From: Candidatus Hodarchaeota archaeon | Lineage (GTDB): Archaea > Asgardarchaeota > Heimdallarchaeia > Hodarchaeales > Hodarchaeaceae | Assembly: GCA_016840035.1 (NCBI GenBank) | Contig: JAEOTC010000060.1 | Coordinates: 1 to 28,746, forward strand | Reading direction: 5' to 3' | Length of the DNA: 28,746 nucleotides | Part shown: positions 1 through 9,546 of the stretch, one piece after another | Layout: every line of letters begins with the position of its first letter | Position numbering within the stretch: the first letter of the stretch is position 1 | Made by a program: the position numbers and the translations under genes | Notes under the pieces: model-generated | Database searches by the model: none | What the model was told of the DNA's origin: nothing | What the model saw: only the letters and a program-made list of their open reading frames with translations

Positions 1-3000
1 TGATGATGCTTCGTCCCATGGATACCAGATATTTAACTGAAGGGAGTAATTTTGAGGATCACAGTCGATTTGGGTATACCAGTAATCCCCATACAAGTGT
101 GTTAAGCTATAATTCACATCTGCTAAGGTTGCTTGAACAAGAGCAAGATTAAGTGAATGTGAATCTATTCCAACACGAACTTCATAGAAACTGCCTTCCC
201 ACGATGCGGAGAATGTAGTAACCATAGGTACAGGGGGAATCCACAATTCATTGAAGGTGAGAACATCATAGCGTTCATTTATAGTCTTTGCATACAAGTA
301 AATTTCCCATCTACCTGGGGATGGCAATTTAAATGGACATCGGTATTCTTGATAAATCACATTCCATTCTAGCTGCCCAAAAAAAGACCCATTTATATAA
401 AATCCAACCTGGCTGAAATTAGTTGAAGAAATTAGTTCAGTACTTAATATATAGCTTCCTGCAGCATCCACCTTTATCAGCTGAGAGTTTATTAGCATTT
501 CAATACTCTCGACAACAGAAAAGTGAATTTGTATGGTGTTAATGTTCCCAGCGAAATCATATACACAAATAAAGATTGAATAACTTCCTACTGGGAGATA
601 CAGCTGGATTGAAGATGAATAGGTTTGATTATTAGTGAATACATTCGGAATTGTATAGAGAATAAGGTCCCCATCTGAATCAATTGATAATGGCACACTA
701 CCAATATAACTGTAGTTAAAAGGAGAATAGACGTTTAAATATGGGATTACTGTATCAATAGTGAAAAAAGAGTATTTAGTGACAAAATTCCCAACGGAAT
801 CACGAACCTTAATAGTAAGATTATGATCTCCTTCAAATAACCCTTCTAATACTATACCTGAACTTCCAATAATCAACGAATCGTCAAGAAAGATTAAGAC
901 ATCATCTTCATCTGTCAAATATGAAAGAGTTAGAGAATTCGTATTATACGTTTCATTCTTGGGATTAATAATAACTAATGAAGGTGCAGTAGAATCTATT
1001 CTGAAAATAGACGAAATCGAAGTTATCATACCATAAGAATTTTCTCCATAGACATTGCAGGTATAAAGACCCTCAGGTAACTCACGATATACGGTATTAG
1101 TCCATGAAATATTCACAGGGTCTAGGGGATCAATAAAATACCAATATTTCAATGCATTTCCTTGAAATGTTAGTTCTAAAATTGATCCATAGGTTGAATT
1201 GTTACGTGGGGAAAGTATTTCTATATCAGACGGAAGAGAGTGAATTAAAACAGAGAATTCCAAACTTACTGATGTATTATAATAATTTTCAACATCTAAC
1301 GGTACTTTTACCGATATCCAGTAACTTCCAGGTGTGTCGAATTCAATAATATAATCAAATAACCCAGCACCGTTGGTGGAGTCAACCTCTCGTTCAATTC
1401 CATCTACTAATAAAATAGCATCTAGACCAGAGATGGGTCCTGAAACTTCTCCTAAGATCGAACCATCAATGTGTATTGACATATTCACAAGGGCTTCTTG
1501 AGGAATGTTTAAAGAAATGATTAAATCTTCAAGAATGGTTACATCATGAAAAAGAATCTGAAAATAAACAAAAGTATCATTACTGATTATTGAAATTTCT
1601 TTATTGCCCTTACTAGTAAAAGTATATGAATATGAATGAATACCTGCTGGAGTCCAATCTTTAAATAACTGGTTATTAATTTTAATTTGATAGATTTCTG
1701 TACAATTTACTATGAATTCGTAATTATTGTTTACATTTCCATAATCCTTTCCAATAACTGCAATATTGGCAATAGTATACATAAACGCGTGATCATATTT
1801 ATAAGTACCATTAATGGTCGAGACACGTAAAGAAAATCCCCCTTTATAATAAGGCGTCGTCCAATTATAATTTCCCCTACCAGTAGCGTTCAAAGATACA
1901 TTTGCAATAAATTCCCAGAGAGGAGATCCATCATGTTGCCAATGTATTTGGATTTCTTCATTTAAACCACCCTCTATCTCTATTACAGACCAATGATTGG
2001 CAAGAACAGTTTCCTCAACGATGAGCGAAAGAGGTGGGCGAATGGTTATGGAGAAAATGGCTGAGGAGGAAGCTGGAAAATAATACCTTCCTAGATTTCC
2101 CTGAAAACTACATTGTAGATTGTGAACTCCGATTTGCGTAGTTTCAATTACGTAGAAATCAAAGAAGAATAAACCCTCAGTATTCGTCTCCACAGCTCCC
2201 AGAAATTCCCCAGTTGTTGTGTCAGTAAATTTAATCTGTACATTTGCTACAGGTTTTCCGACCTCATCAAGAAGAAAACCCCAAAACCGACCTGATTGAC
2301 CTTGAACAAGATCTGTTGAATTTTGATTCAACGATTCAAATCGTGGAATGGAAAAAATGGTTAATTTGAATGTTGTGGTCTCTTCATCATAATGTACGGA
2401 ATTATAAAAACGAATTATAAGATAAATATCCCCAATAGGATGATTTTCATCGATATAATAAGTAAAAATACTCCCTGCAATACAACCTTGGGTGTTAATG
2501 ACTGTGGAATTAGTATACATTAGAGATATTAAACCTTCATTAATAACAGTACCTCCAGATAAGACTGTGACCTGAATCAGAGTACTAGTGCCTCTTGAAA
2601 TTCCTCCACTCTCATATGTAAGATCGAATGAAACTAATCCCTTGATTGGGATAATTATTAATTCAGAGATGGGGAGTAGATTAGTACTCAGATCGAATAC
2701 TCTCAGCATGAATTCATGCAATCCTGTTGAGATATTGACTGGAAGAGGAAATTCAAAGGCAACATACCCATTAATGTTTGTAGACTTATTCATCATCGAT
2801 ACATTGCCATCTGTTATATCAGAAAGCTCAACCTGACACGATACAGGAATCGTATGGATATCCTCTTGTGTAACATAAGCTTCAAGATGAATTGTCTCAT
2901 TATGTTTGTACTCTGAAGAGTTTAAATAATATTGAATTCTTACTCTGTCTTGGATCGTAACAGAGGAAGAGGTATTTGCGTATAATTGATCATTATCATT

Positions 3001-4008
3001 TCTTAACTCGGTATAGAGGATAAAATCCCCTAAAGGTATTGAACTATTTGGAGAGTACAATATATAACAATTTCGACTATTAAGAACTTTGTTTTCTAAT
3101 AAAACGGTTTGAGATTCAATTTTATAAAAAACCGAAAGTGATAACCCACTAGGATTGTCTCCTAACACTGTAGTATTGATTAACATAGATTCTTCGTTAC
3201 GTTGAATCTTTGATGTATTTATGGACTGATAAAGTGAATATCCAGAACTTAATACAGTTACATTGACTAATTTTGAATAACAAGGGAGGGTCTGACTTTG
3301 TGAACTACCAGTATAGGATGCGAAAAACTTCGTGGTACCCAGAGAGGAAAAGACTGGAAATTGGAAATCAAATTCAAGAGTTAGGACGGCAGGATCTGTG
3401 CCGGGATAGTAGTTCTCTAAAGGACCAAAAGTCCAGATTGCAGACGAATCAGTTAAATTGAGGTTGTGTACGGATAGATATCCTCCAAGAAACCACCATC
3501 GATAATGAATATTCAAATTGAGAGAAAAGTGTAGAGATGCATTCTTGAAAACGGTAGTGGAATTAGTAGTTAATGTTAATGAGGTGGAATGAGTAGTACC
3601 AGGACTAACATCCTCAAAAAACACGGAACAGGTTCCATTAGAGGGTAAGTATCCTTCGAACCCCAAATATTCAGCAATGAAAAAGTGTTCCCCCGTTATA
3701 ATCGGTGAGGTGACGGTCCAGTCTATATGAGCTGAACCATTAGTAATTGCTGTTTCGGTAAAAACACCTGTTGTAGTATCAGTAACTCGAATTTGACCAA
3801 AGGGTACCGAATCATAATCCATGTATGTCCAGATAGAGAATCCTATGATATCACCTGAACCCACAATCCCTTTATCAGCTAGAATTGTTGTTGATGTATC
3901 TAGATTGACAGCTTCAACCTGATAAAGACTCAGGTTTTGAACAATTAACAATCCAAAGATAGTTAAAAGGAGGAAGTTGCTTGATTTTCTTATTATAGGT
4001 TTCCACAT
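1..4008 (-). CDS. Large secreted multi-Ig-like-domain surface protein (at least 1336 aa; C-terminus runs off the window)
   Basis: Read by hand: ATG at 4008 (MWKPIIRKSSNFLLLTIFGLLIVQNLSLYQVEA|VNLDT..., signal peptide-like), with no in-frame stop down to base 1 (...DPQNYSLQLNIWYPWDEASS). Beta-rich Ig-like repeats, e.g. LLDEVGKPVANVQIKFTD..TNTEG, and three IDxxxP..SPxNxTY...L.EG.H.L...D..GN units at about 1224-511. Many NxS/T sequons. Probably absent from the ORF track because its stop lies outside the window. Confidence 0.85.
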   Translation of the reverse strand, partial: MWKPIIRKSSNFLLLTIFGLLIVQNLSLYQVEAVNLDTSTTILADKGIVGSGDIIGFSIWTYMDYDSVPFGQIRVTDTTTGVFTETAITNGSAHIDWTVTSPIITGEHFFIAEYLGFEGYLPSNGTCSVFFEDVSPGTTHSTSLTLTTNSTTVFKNASLHFSLNLNIHYRWWFLGGYLSVHNLNLTDSSAIWTFGPLENYYPGTDPAVLTLEFDFQFPVFSSLGTTKFFASYTGSSQSQTLPCYSKLVNVTVLSSGYSLYQSINTSKIQRNEESMLINTTVLGDNPSGLSLSVFYKIESQTVLLENKVLNSRNCYILYSPNSSIPLGDFILYTELRNDNDQLYANTSSSVTIQDRVRIQYYLNSSEYKHNETIHLEAYVTQEDIHTIPVSCQVELSDITDGNVSMMNKSTNINGYVAFEFPLPVNISTGLHEFMLRVFDLSTNLLPISELIIIPIKGLVSFDLTYESGGISRGTSTLIQVTVLSGGTVINEGLISLMYTNSTVINTQGCIAGSIFTYYIDENHPIGDIYLIIRFYNSVHYDEETTTFKLTIFSIPRFESLNQNSTDLVQGQSGRFWGFLLDEVGKPVANVQIKFTDTTTGEFLGAVETNTEGLFFFDFYVIETTQIGVHNLQCSFQGNLGRYYFPASSSAIFSITIRPPLSLIVEETVLANHWSVIEIEGGLNEEIQIHWQHDGSPLWEFIANVSLNATGRGNYNWTTPYYKGGFSLRVSTINGTYKYDHAFMYTIANIAVIGKDYGNVNNNYEFIVNCTEIYQIKINNQLFKDWTPAGIHSYSYTFTSKGNKEISIISNDTFVYFQILFHDVTILEDLIISLNIPQEALVNMSIHIDGSILGEVSGPISGLDAILLVDGIEREVDSTNGAGLFDYIIEFDTPGSYWISVKVPLDVENYYNTSVSLEFSVLIHSLPSDIEILSPRNNSTYGSILELTFQGNALKYWYFIDPLDPVNISWTNTVYRELPEGLYTCNVYGENSYGMITSISSIFRIDSTAPSLVIINPKNETYNTNSLTLSYLTDEDDVLIFLDDSLIIGSSGIVLEGLFEGDHNLTIKVRDSVGNFVTKYSFFTIDTVIPYLNVYSPFNYSYIGSVPLSIDSDGDLILYTIPNVFTNNQTYSSSIQLYLPVGSYSIFICVYDFAGNINTIQIHFSVVESIEMLINSQLIKVDAAGSYILSTELISSTNFSQVGFYINGSFFGQLEWNVIYQEYRCPFKLPSPGRWEIYLYAKTINERYDVLTFNELWIPPVPMVTTFSASWEGSFYEVRVGIDSHSLNLALVQATLADVNYSLTHLYGDYWYTQIDCDPQNYSLQLNIWYPWDEASS

Positions 4009-4070
4009 TGTATTGACCCTCAGTAATGAGGGGAGTTCTCTCCTTTTATATTCGAAATGAATCTTTTTAA

Positions 4071-4095
4071 TCTTTATAAAGAGTTTATATAAAAA
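4071..4095. promoter_or_regulatory. Candidate divergent archaeal TATA boxes between the surface-protein gene and radA
   Basis: TTTATAAA (4073-4080, inside the perfect palindrome TCTTTATAAAGA at 4071-4082) and TTTATATA (4084-4091) in the intergenic gap between divergent genes. Confidence 0.5.
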
Positions 4096-4173
4096 TAGTC
4101 TTTTTCTTGATTTCAGATATTTAAGTTTCATGCAGATTCCATAGTGAAACCAATAATTCTTGGTGAAAAAATA

Positions 4174-5190
4174 ATGGCAAAAGCTGAAACAAAAAAAGAA
4201 GATGCTGTTGTTGAGGACATAATTCCTGAAAAAGGAAAGAAAACAAAAAAGAAAGGCAAAAAAGAACAGAATTTCCTTGATACTGTCTCTGGAATAGGTC
4301 CCACAACACGAAAACGATTAGAAGAAGCTGGTTTTGGTAGTAAAGAAGCTATTGCTCTAGCTACACGCTCGCAACTTTCCGATATTTCAGGAATCGCTGA
4401 AAAAACAGCAAATGTTCTAATTCGTGAAGCCCGTTCACAATTTGATCTTGGATTGAAACCAGGATCTCACTATGCAAAATTAGGAGAAACTCGTCAATAT
4501 TTAACAACCTCTTCTCAGGCATTCGATGAGCTACTTGGAGGAGGATTTGAAACGGGTTCTATTACAGAAATTGCAGGGGAAAATGGATGTGGTAAAACCC
4601 AAATTTCTCATCAATTAGCAGTAAATTGTGTCAAAAACGGGAAAGATGTTGTATGGATTGATACTGAAGGAACTTTTCGATTTACTAGAATTTCTCAAAT
4701 GGCTAAAGCGCTAAATCTTGACACTGACGAAATTTTGTCACATATTACAGTCGGTAGAGCATTCAATAGTGAACACCAGATGGCTCTTACAGAGGAAGCA
4801 TTAACAATGGTTCCTAACGTAGGATTAATCATTGTTGACTCTTTGATGGCACATTTTAGATCAGAATTCGCTGGAAGAAGTACATTAGCTGAACGGCAGC
4901 AATTGATTGGAAAATATCTAGCATTCATCTCTAAACAATCAGAGATCATGAATTGTGTGGCGGTTGTGACAAATCAAGTCTCTGCAAAACCAGACGCTAT
5001 GTTCTTCGGAGACCCGAATAAACCTATTGGTGGTAATGTTGTCGGACATACAGTTACTACACGATTGATGATCCGGAAAGGTAAAGATGTTAAACGTACA
5101 GCTACACTTACTAAGAATCCTGAACTTCCAGACGGAAAAATCGAATTCTCAATTGATACTGACGGAATTCGTGACTATTCTGGAAAGTAA
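4174..5190 (+). CDS. radA: RadA/Rad51-family recombinase (atypical variant or paralogue)
   Basis: N-terminal HhH (VSGIGPTTRKRLEEAGF), Walker A GENGCGKT, IDTEGTF, Walker B LIIVDS, L1 FRSEFAGRSTLAERQQ, L2 TNQV..DPNKPIGGNVVGH. ATG 4174 is preferred over GTG 4144 because GGTGA lies at 4162-4166. Confidence 0.92.
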   Translation: MAKAETKKEDAVVEDIIPEKGKKTKKKGKKEQNFLDTVSGIGPTTRKRLEEAGFGSKEAIALATRSQLSDISGIAEKTANVLIREARSQFDLGLKPGSHYAKLGETRQYLTTSSQAFDELLGGGFETGSITEIAGENGCGKTQISHQLAVNCVKNGKDVVWIDTEGTFRFTRISQMAKALNLDTDEILSHITVGRAFNSEHQMALTEEALTMVPNVGLIIVDSLMAHFRSEFAGRSTLAERQQLIGKYLAFISKQSEIMNCVAVVTNQVSAKPDAMFFGDPNKPIGGNVVGHTVTTRLMIRKGKDVKRTATLTKNPELPDGKIEFSIDTDGIRDYSGK

Positions 5191-5204
5191 CTTCCCTTTT
5201 TTTT
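5191..5204 (+). terminator. Oligo-T terminator-like tract after radA
   Basis: CTTCCCTTTTTTTT directly after the TAA stop, typical of archaeal oligo-U termination signals. Confidence 0.55.
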
Positions 5205-5300
5205 GCTTGGAGTTGAATTGGAACGCTTTCAACGCGGGTAGGTACAAAAATTCTTGAGGATAAGACCACACTACTTCAGGTTGAACACCCTCCAACCGAT

Positions 5301-7817
5301 TTGCATGAATTATATGCACCCAATGGAATCTTGGTCTCTTATTTTGCAATTCAACCCATTCATGATTTAGAGAACACTTCTAGGAATTTATTCCGTGTAA
5401 CGAGTCAACCTGGAGTTCAAATCCTTCGACAAACATTTTCAGCAATTCCGCGTAAGTCGAAGACTTACTCCAAGCGTGATATTTCTTATACAGGACTTTC
5501 ATTGATAGTGCGTGTATATTTTCAATTCGCTGTTCGGACAGAATCGACCTTTCCAACAGTTTTGCGGCATGTTAGGAAGGAATTCTTAAAACGACGGACT
5601 TTAACTTATACTATTCTTTCTGCTGCAGGATTTAAGGTCACGATTATCAAAGGAGATCAAATATTTAAGTTACATTTTCGTAATGACAAAATAAAAGAAG
5701 GAATATCGATTTTTCCCTTTCAGGCTGGATCCGAATCGGAATACCTTGACAGATTTCTTCGTCTAGAACGGGTACCATCTCGTTATATTCAGGATTTTGC
5801 TGTACCCGACCTACCTGTGACACATAGGGTTGGCCATCGAATTGATGATCCTACAGTTCCTGTAGGATTTGGTGACCTTTCATCTGGTTCAGTTCTGATG
5901 TGTGGTTCGGATAAGAATGAATTGATTTCCATTTTTCAGAATCTAATCAATTCATTTGCTGTCACTAATAATAAGAAGGGGATCTTTGTCATTGATACAC
6001 ACAATGAGTTTAATGGCTTAATTCGTCATCTTCAATCACAAACATCGAGTAAACAGGGATTCAATCTGCATTTGTTTCAATTGGGCACAAATATGTTTAT
6101 AAATCTCTGTGATGTCATTATCCCCCCCTCTCCCAGTGGTAAGAGACAAGAATCAAAGGCAATTGAGGCATGGAGAGCACATCTCGTGAGTAATATTCTT
6201 TTAAGCTCATTACCAACTTCAGATTATTTTTCCTCGCGATTCGCTGTTCCCCTAGAAACCCAAATTAGGAATGCTGCAAAAGGAAGAACTTCTTTCACTC
6301 TTGAGGATGTAAAGACTACTTTCGGAAATCTCGAAGAAGAAGAGTTAGAGTCCAGCATTGGTTCTACTGATGGAGTTTTCGCAGATCTAATGTCTATTGA
6401 ACACCTTAATGGAATTTTAGACCAGTTTAAGGCATTTAAAGAAGTAAATTATTCCGCCTTTTTTGGACACCTCAGTAATCTCCTTTATCGTGACGATTCG
6501 ATTACAATTTTCCAATTTGGCGCACAGCCTCCCATGATCAAAAGAGCAGTTGTAGCATTTCTGTTACAATATTTAGGGAATTTAGCTGACAGAGGATTCG
6601 TATTCTTTCCTCATGCTGATGAGTTTTTAAGTAGAAGGACATTTTACGGAAGAATTGAGGCTGGAATTCCCACAGTATTAATTGACGCGTGTAATTCCAT
6701 TGCACAAAATAATGTATTGATCTTAGGTAGTCAAAGCGTACAAGCTCTCGCATTGAAAGTCAATTTATTCGAACAAATTAAAGATCAAGTATATCTACGT
6801 TTGGTTAATGCACAGGATAGAGAACTCATAATCACTCAACATCAACTGAAAGTTCAGAAATCAACTAAACTCCCAATGTTTGAGAAACAAGTACTTGGTA
6901 TTCGGGAAGGGGAAGGTCTGCTCTTTCGTGGAGATACATCCTTAAGCACTGCTTTTCATTTCAAAACGGATTCCACAATTATACCAGTGGATTTACATCC
7001 AATTAAGGTCACAGAAACTAAAATGAGGGGATCTAAAACCTTTGGATTAGTCCCTACAAAATTTGCTCAATTAATGAAGATTCTGAAGATTCTTGCAGCT
7101 CAACCCCTTAGTAATGATACAATCCTTGACGAATTAGAGATTAATGATAGCGATGAGCGATTACTTACCCAGATGTCGGAATTTGGTTTATGTAAGGTGA
7201 AGGAAGAGAATGCTTCTCGAACCTGGGAAATTACCGTGAAGGGCTTACAATATCAAGCGGATCAACATACGTTAATGGAAAATTTGCCCTCTACTCCAAG
7301 TTTTGAAGAAATTAACCTAATAAGGAATAAAATTACTACTTCGGAAAAGTTCTTTGATAGAAGTGTCTCCAATCAAAAATCTAAGGAAGAAAATGCTAAA
7401 ATTAAGGATTTAGTTGGACAAATGCTAAGTTATTTGTTTACACTCACTGGAAATATACCATGGATTCGCTATGCTGAGTATACGGATTTGAAAGAGATAA
7501 CAGGTATTGAAGGACAAGATTTCAGGCAATTATATGCTCTAGCATATGAAATATGTCAGCATATATTAAATGATATAAAGAAGTTTCGCGAGAAAAATAA
7601 GGTCGCTCCACTAATTCTTGAATCAACCGCTATTTCAGATACAGGAAAACTGGATGATTTTTTGCCTGATGACCGATATGTCACTTTACAGAAGATAAGT
7701 AAGAGCTTAAACCTTAAGAGATACCCTGATAATGGGATTCTTGATATTCATTTCAAGTTTCTAAAAAAGGGAAAAAACCTCATAGATGAGCTAAAGGAAA
7801 ACCCCGATGGAAATTAG
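5301..7817 (+). CDS. Degenerate HerA/VirB4-like P-loop protein with C-terminal winged-helix domain (predicted ATPase-dead; true start may be near 5217/5218)
   Basis: HerA-like motif order: SVLMCGSDKNEL (Walker A position, no GKS/T), IFVIDTHNEF (cf. DPHGEY), FVFFPHADEF (Walker B position, cf. IIIDEAH), LILGSQS (cf. hhhasQ), YLRLVNAQDRELI, IREGEGLL. The segment LMKILKILAAQPLS...GLCKV..RTWEITVKG is wHTH-like. Confidence 0.65.
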   Translation: MHELYAPNGILVSYFAIQPIHDLENTSRNLFRVTSQPGVQILRQTFSAIPRKSKTYSKRDISYTGLSLIVRVYFQFAVRTESTFPTVLRHVRKEFLKRRTLTYTILSAAGFKVTIIKGDQIFKLHFRNDKIKEGISIFPFQAGSESEYLDRFLRLERVPSRYIQDFAVPDLPVTHRVGHRIDDPTVPVGFGDLSSGSVLMCGSDKNELISIFQNLINSFAVTNNKKGIFVIDTHNEFNGLIRHLQSQTSSKQGFNLHLFQLGTNMFINLCDVIIPPSPSGKRQESKAIEAWRAHLVSNILLSSLPTSDYFSSRFAVPLETQIRNAAKGRTSFTLEDVKTTFGNLEEEELESSIGSTDGVFADLMSIEHLNGILDQFKAFKEVNYSAFFGHLSNLLYRDDSITIFQFGAQPPMIKRAVVAFLLQYLGNLADRGFVFFPHADEFLSRRTFYGRIEAGIPTVLIDACNSIAQNNVLILGSQSVQALALKVNLFEQIKDQVYLRLVNAQDRELIITQHQLKVQKSTKLPMFEKQVLGIREGEGLLFRGDTSLSTAFHFKTDSTIIPVDLHPIKVTETKMRGSKTFGLVPTKFAQLMKILKILAAQPLSNDTILDELEINDSDERLLTQMSEFGLCKVKEENASRTWEITVKGLQYQADQHTLMENLPSTPSFEEINLIRNKITTSEKFFDRSVSNQKSKEENAKIKDLVGQMLSYLFTLTGNIPWIRYAEYTDLKEITGIEGQDFRQLYALAYEICQHILNDIKKFREKNKVAPLILESTAISDTGKLDDFLPDDRYVTLQKISKSLNLKRYPDNGILDIHFKFLKKGKNLIDELKENPDGN

Positions 7818-9546
7818 TTTACCCCCAAAAATAGAACTGTTTCCCCATGAGGAATTACGCGCGTATCAGGCGCGATTCATTCGGTTTGTGGAAAAAAATC
7901 CACGTGTGATAATCCATGCTCCGGTCGGATTTGGAAAGACAGTGATGGCTCTAGTTAGTACTCTCCCGTCGGTGAAAACTCAACAATTTCAACTTTTTAT
8001 TTTTGTTCGAACAAAAGCGCAAATATTCCATGTATTCCTCGATGAGATCCGAAAAATTGCGAATACAGATAGATACGGGTATTTAACGGCTCTACCATTA
8101 ATCCAGAAGTCTGATCTGTGTATTAGAGCAGATCTTCCACATTTTTACAAAGGAATTTGTGGAAAAATTCGATGTGAACACTTAGAAAAAGCCCGTTCTA
8201 TTCCCGAGGAAGATTTTCCAACCATAGTTGAACAAGTCCCCATTACTACTCATGAAGGAGAGATTAAACTTGAATCCTTCAAAGATATTCTTCAAGAATT
8301 TGGGTGTCCTTATTATATTATCCGACGTTGTATACCATATGCAAATATTGTGGTCACTACACAAACTTATCTAAGAAACAAAATCCTCCAATCTTTACTA
8401 TCTACTCTCCTCCACAGAAGTACATTTGCTAATAAAATTTGTATTATCGATGAGGGCCATAATTTTTCTGCGGAAATTGAATCAGAAATTTCTTTAGATG
8501 ATATCTATAAAGCACGAGATATTATTCCGCTTAAGATCTTTGATAGATTAGAATATTTAATCCATAATCGAAAAGGTAGAGTTGATCGCCCCCAAAACCT
8601 GACCTCAGACTCAATAGATGCCTATCTCGACCATATATCAAATCTATCTTCTTGGGAACAAACAAATCTTCTCATAATCAAAGACTTTCTTAATAGTAGA
8701 GGAGAACTCTGGATTTCGGAACTTGAAAAACTAATACAACTCAACCCTTTTCCCCAAGGTATCTTTAAATTCGTTGATAACAATTTTAAGAATATCATCC
8801 TAATGTCTGGGACCTTTCGACCAATTTCGTCATATAAGACCCTTTATGGAATAAGATATCCAGGGATGCAAATCCCATCAGATTTTCAATATGGTCTTAA
8901 TGGGATTCTATATCATCGACGATTCAGTACAAAATATCGAGAACGTACTCCACAAACCTTTCAAGCAATGGCTTCAGTTATAAAACGTCTTCACCAATAT
9001 AATCCCTTTCACACGATCGTTTTTACTCCCTCACATGATTTAAAACAGAAACTTCTTGTCCACATGTCCTTTCCAAACGTTTATATTGAACAACCCAATG
9101 AAAGACCATTTTTCATTGATGAATTGCAAAATAAAACACATGAGATAATATTTGGGGTGTTAGGAGGAAAATTGTCAGAGGGAATCGAGATCCTTCATCC
9201 CTCTACTAAACGAAGCCTTCTAACATTAATTATCATTGCAGGAGTGCCATATACTAAACCAGATTCCACGAACCGTTTGATTAAAAGCCTTTATACAAAA
9301 CGATGGGGGAAACTAATGGCAGATCATCTTACTCTTCTACCCGTGACCAGAGTAATGACACAAGCGATAGGGAGAGGAATTCGATCAGAAACTGATTTTG
9401 CGGCAAGTTTGATTTTAGATTATCGTGCAGTAACACTAAGAACCATGCTTCCCCGATCAACAATTTTTCGTGATATTAATGATTGTTATAATGTGTTTAA
9501 TAATTTCTTTACTAAAATGAAAAGAAATTCTAAAATCAAATTCTAA
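7807..9546 (+). CDS. xpd: XPD/Rad3/DinG-family Fe-S SF2 DNA helicase
   Basis: Q motif RAYQ, motif I HAPVGFGKT, Ia RTKAQ, four Cys in the Fe-S domain (KSDLC, GICG, IRCE, GCPYY), II DEGHN, III MSGT, V GGKLSEGI, VI QAIGRGIRSETD. Overlaps the upstream gene by 11 nt. Confidence 0.88.
   Translation: MEISLPPKIELFPHEELRAYQARFIRFVEKNPRVIIHAPVGFGKTVMALVSTLPSVKTQQFQLFIFVRTKAQIFHVFLDEIRKIANTDRYGYLTALPLIQKSDLCIRADLPHFYKGICGKIRCEHLEKARSIPEEDFPTIVEQVPITTHEGEIKLESFKDILQEFGCPYYIIRRCIPYANIVVTTQTYLRNKILQSLLSTLLHRSTFANKICIIDEGHNFSAEIESEISLDDIYKARDIIPLKIFDRLEYLIHNRKGRVDRPQNLTSDSIDAYLDHISNLSSWEQTNLLIIKDFLNSRGELWISELEKLIQLNPFPQGIFKFVDNNFKNIILMSGTFRPISSYKTLYGIRYPGMQIPSDFQYGLNGILYHRRFSTKYRERTPQTFQAMASVIKRLHQYNPFHTIVFTPSHDLKQKLLVHMSFPNVYIEQPNERPFFIDELQNKTHEIIFGVLGGKLSEGIEILHPSTKRSLLTLIIIAGVPYTKPDSTNRLIKSLYTKRWGKLMADHLTLLPVTRVMTQAIGRGIRSETDFAASLILDYRAVTLRTMLPRSTIFRDINDCYNVFNNFFTKMKRNSKIKF

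Noticed and set aside
1152-3461. Three short + strand ORFs (1152-1349, 2588-2836, 3273-3461)
   Set aside because: They are antisense shadows of the long minus-strand ORF <1-4008.
4225-4266. Lys-rich RadA N-terminus as a nuclear localisation signal
   Set aside because: The context is prokaryotic. Basic low-complexity tails are common, and this one cannot be given a function from sequence alone.
5301-7817. Canonical HerA-NurA-Mre11-Rad50 resection operon or conjugative T4SS
   Set aside because: No NurA, Mre11, Rad50, relaxase or integrase was recognised, and the ATPase motifs are degenerate.
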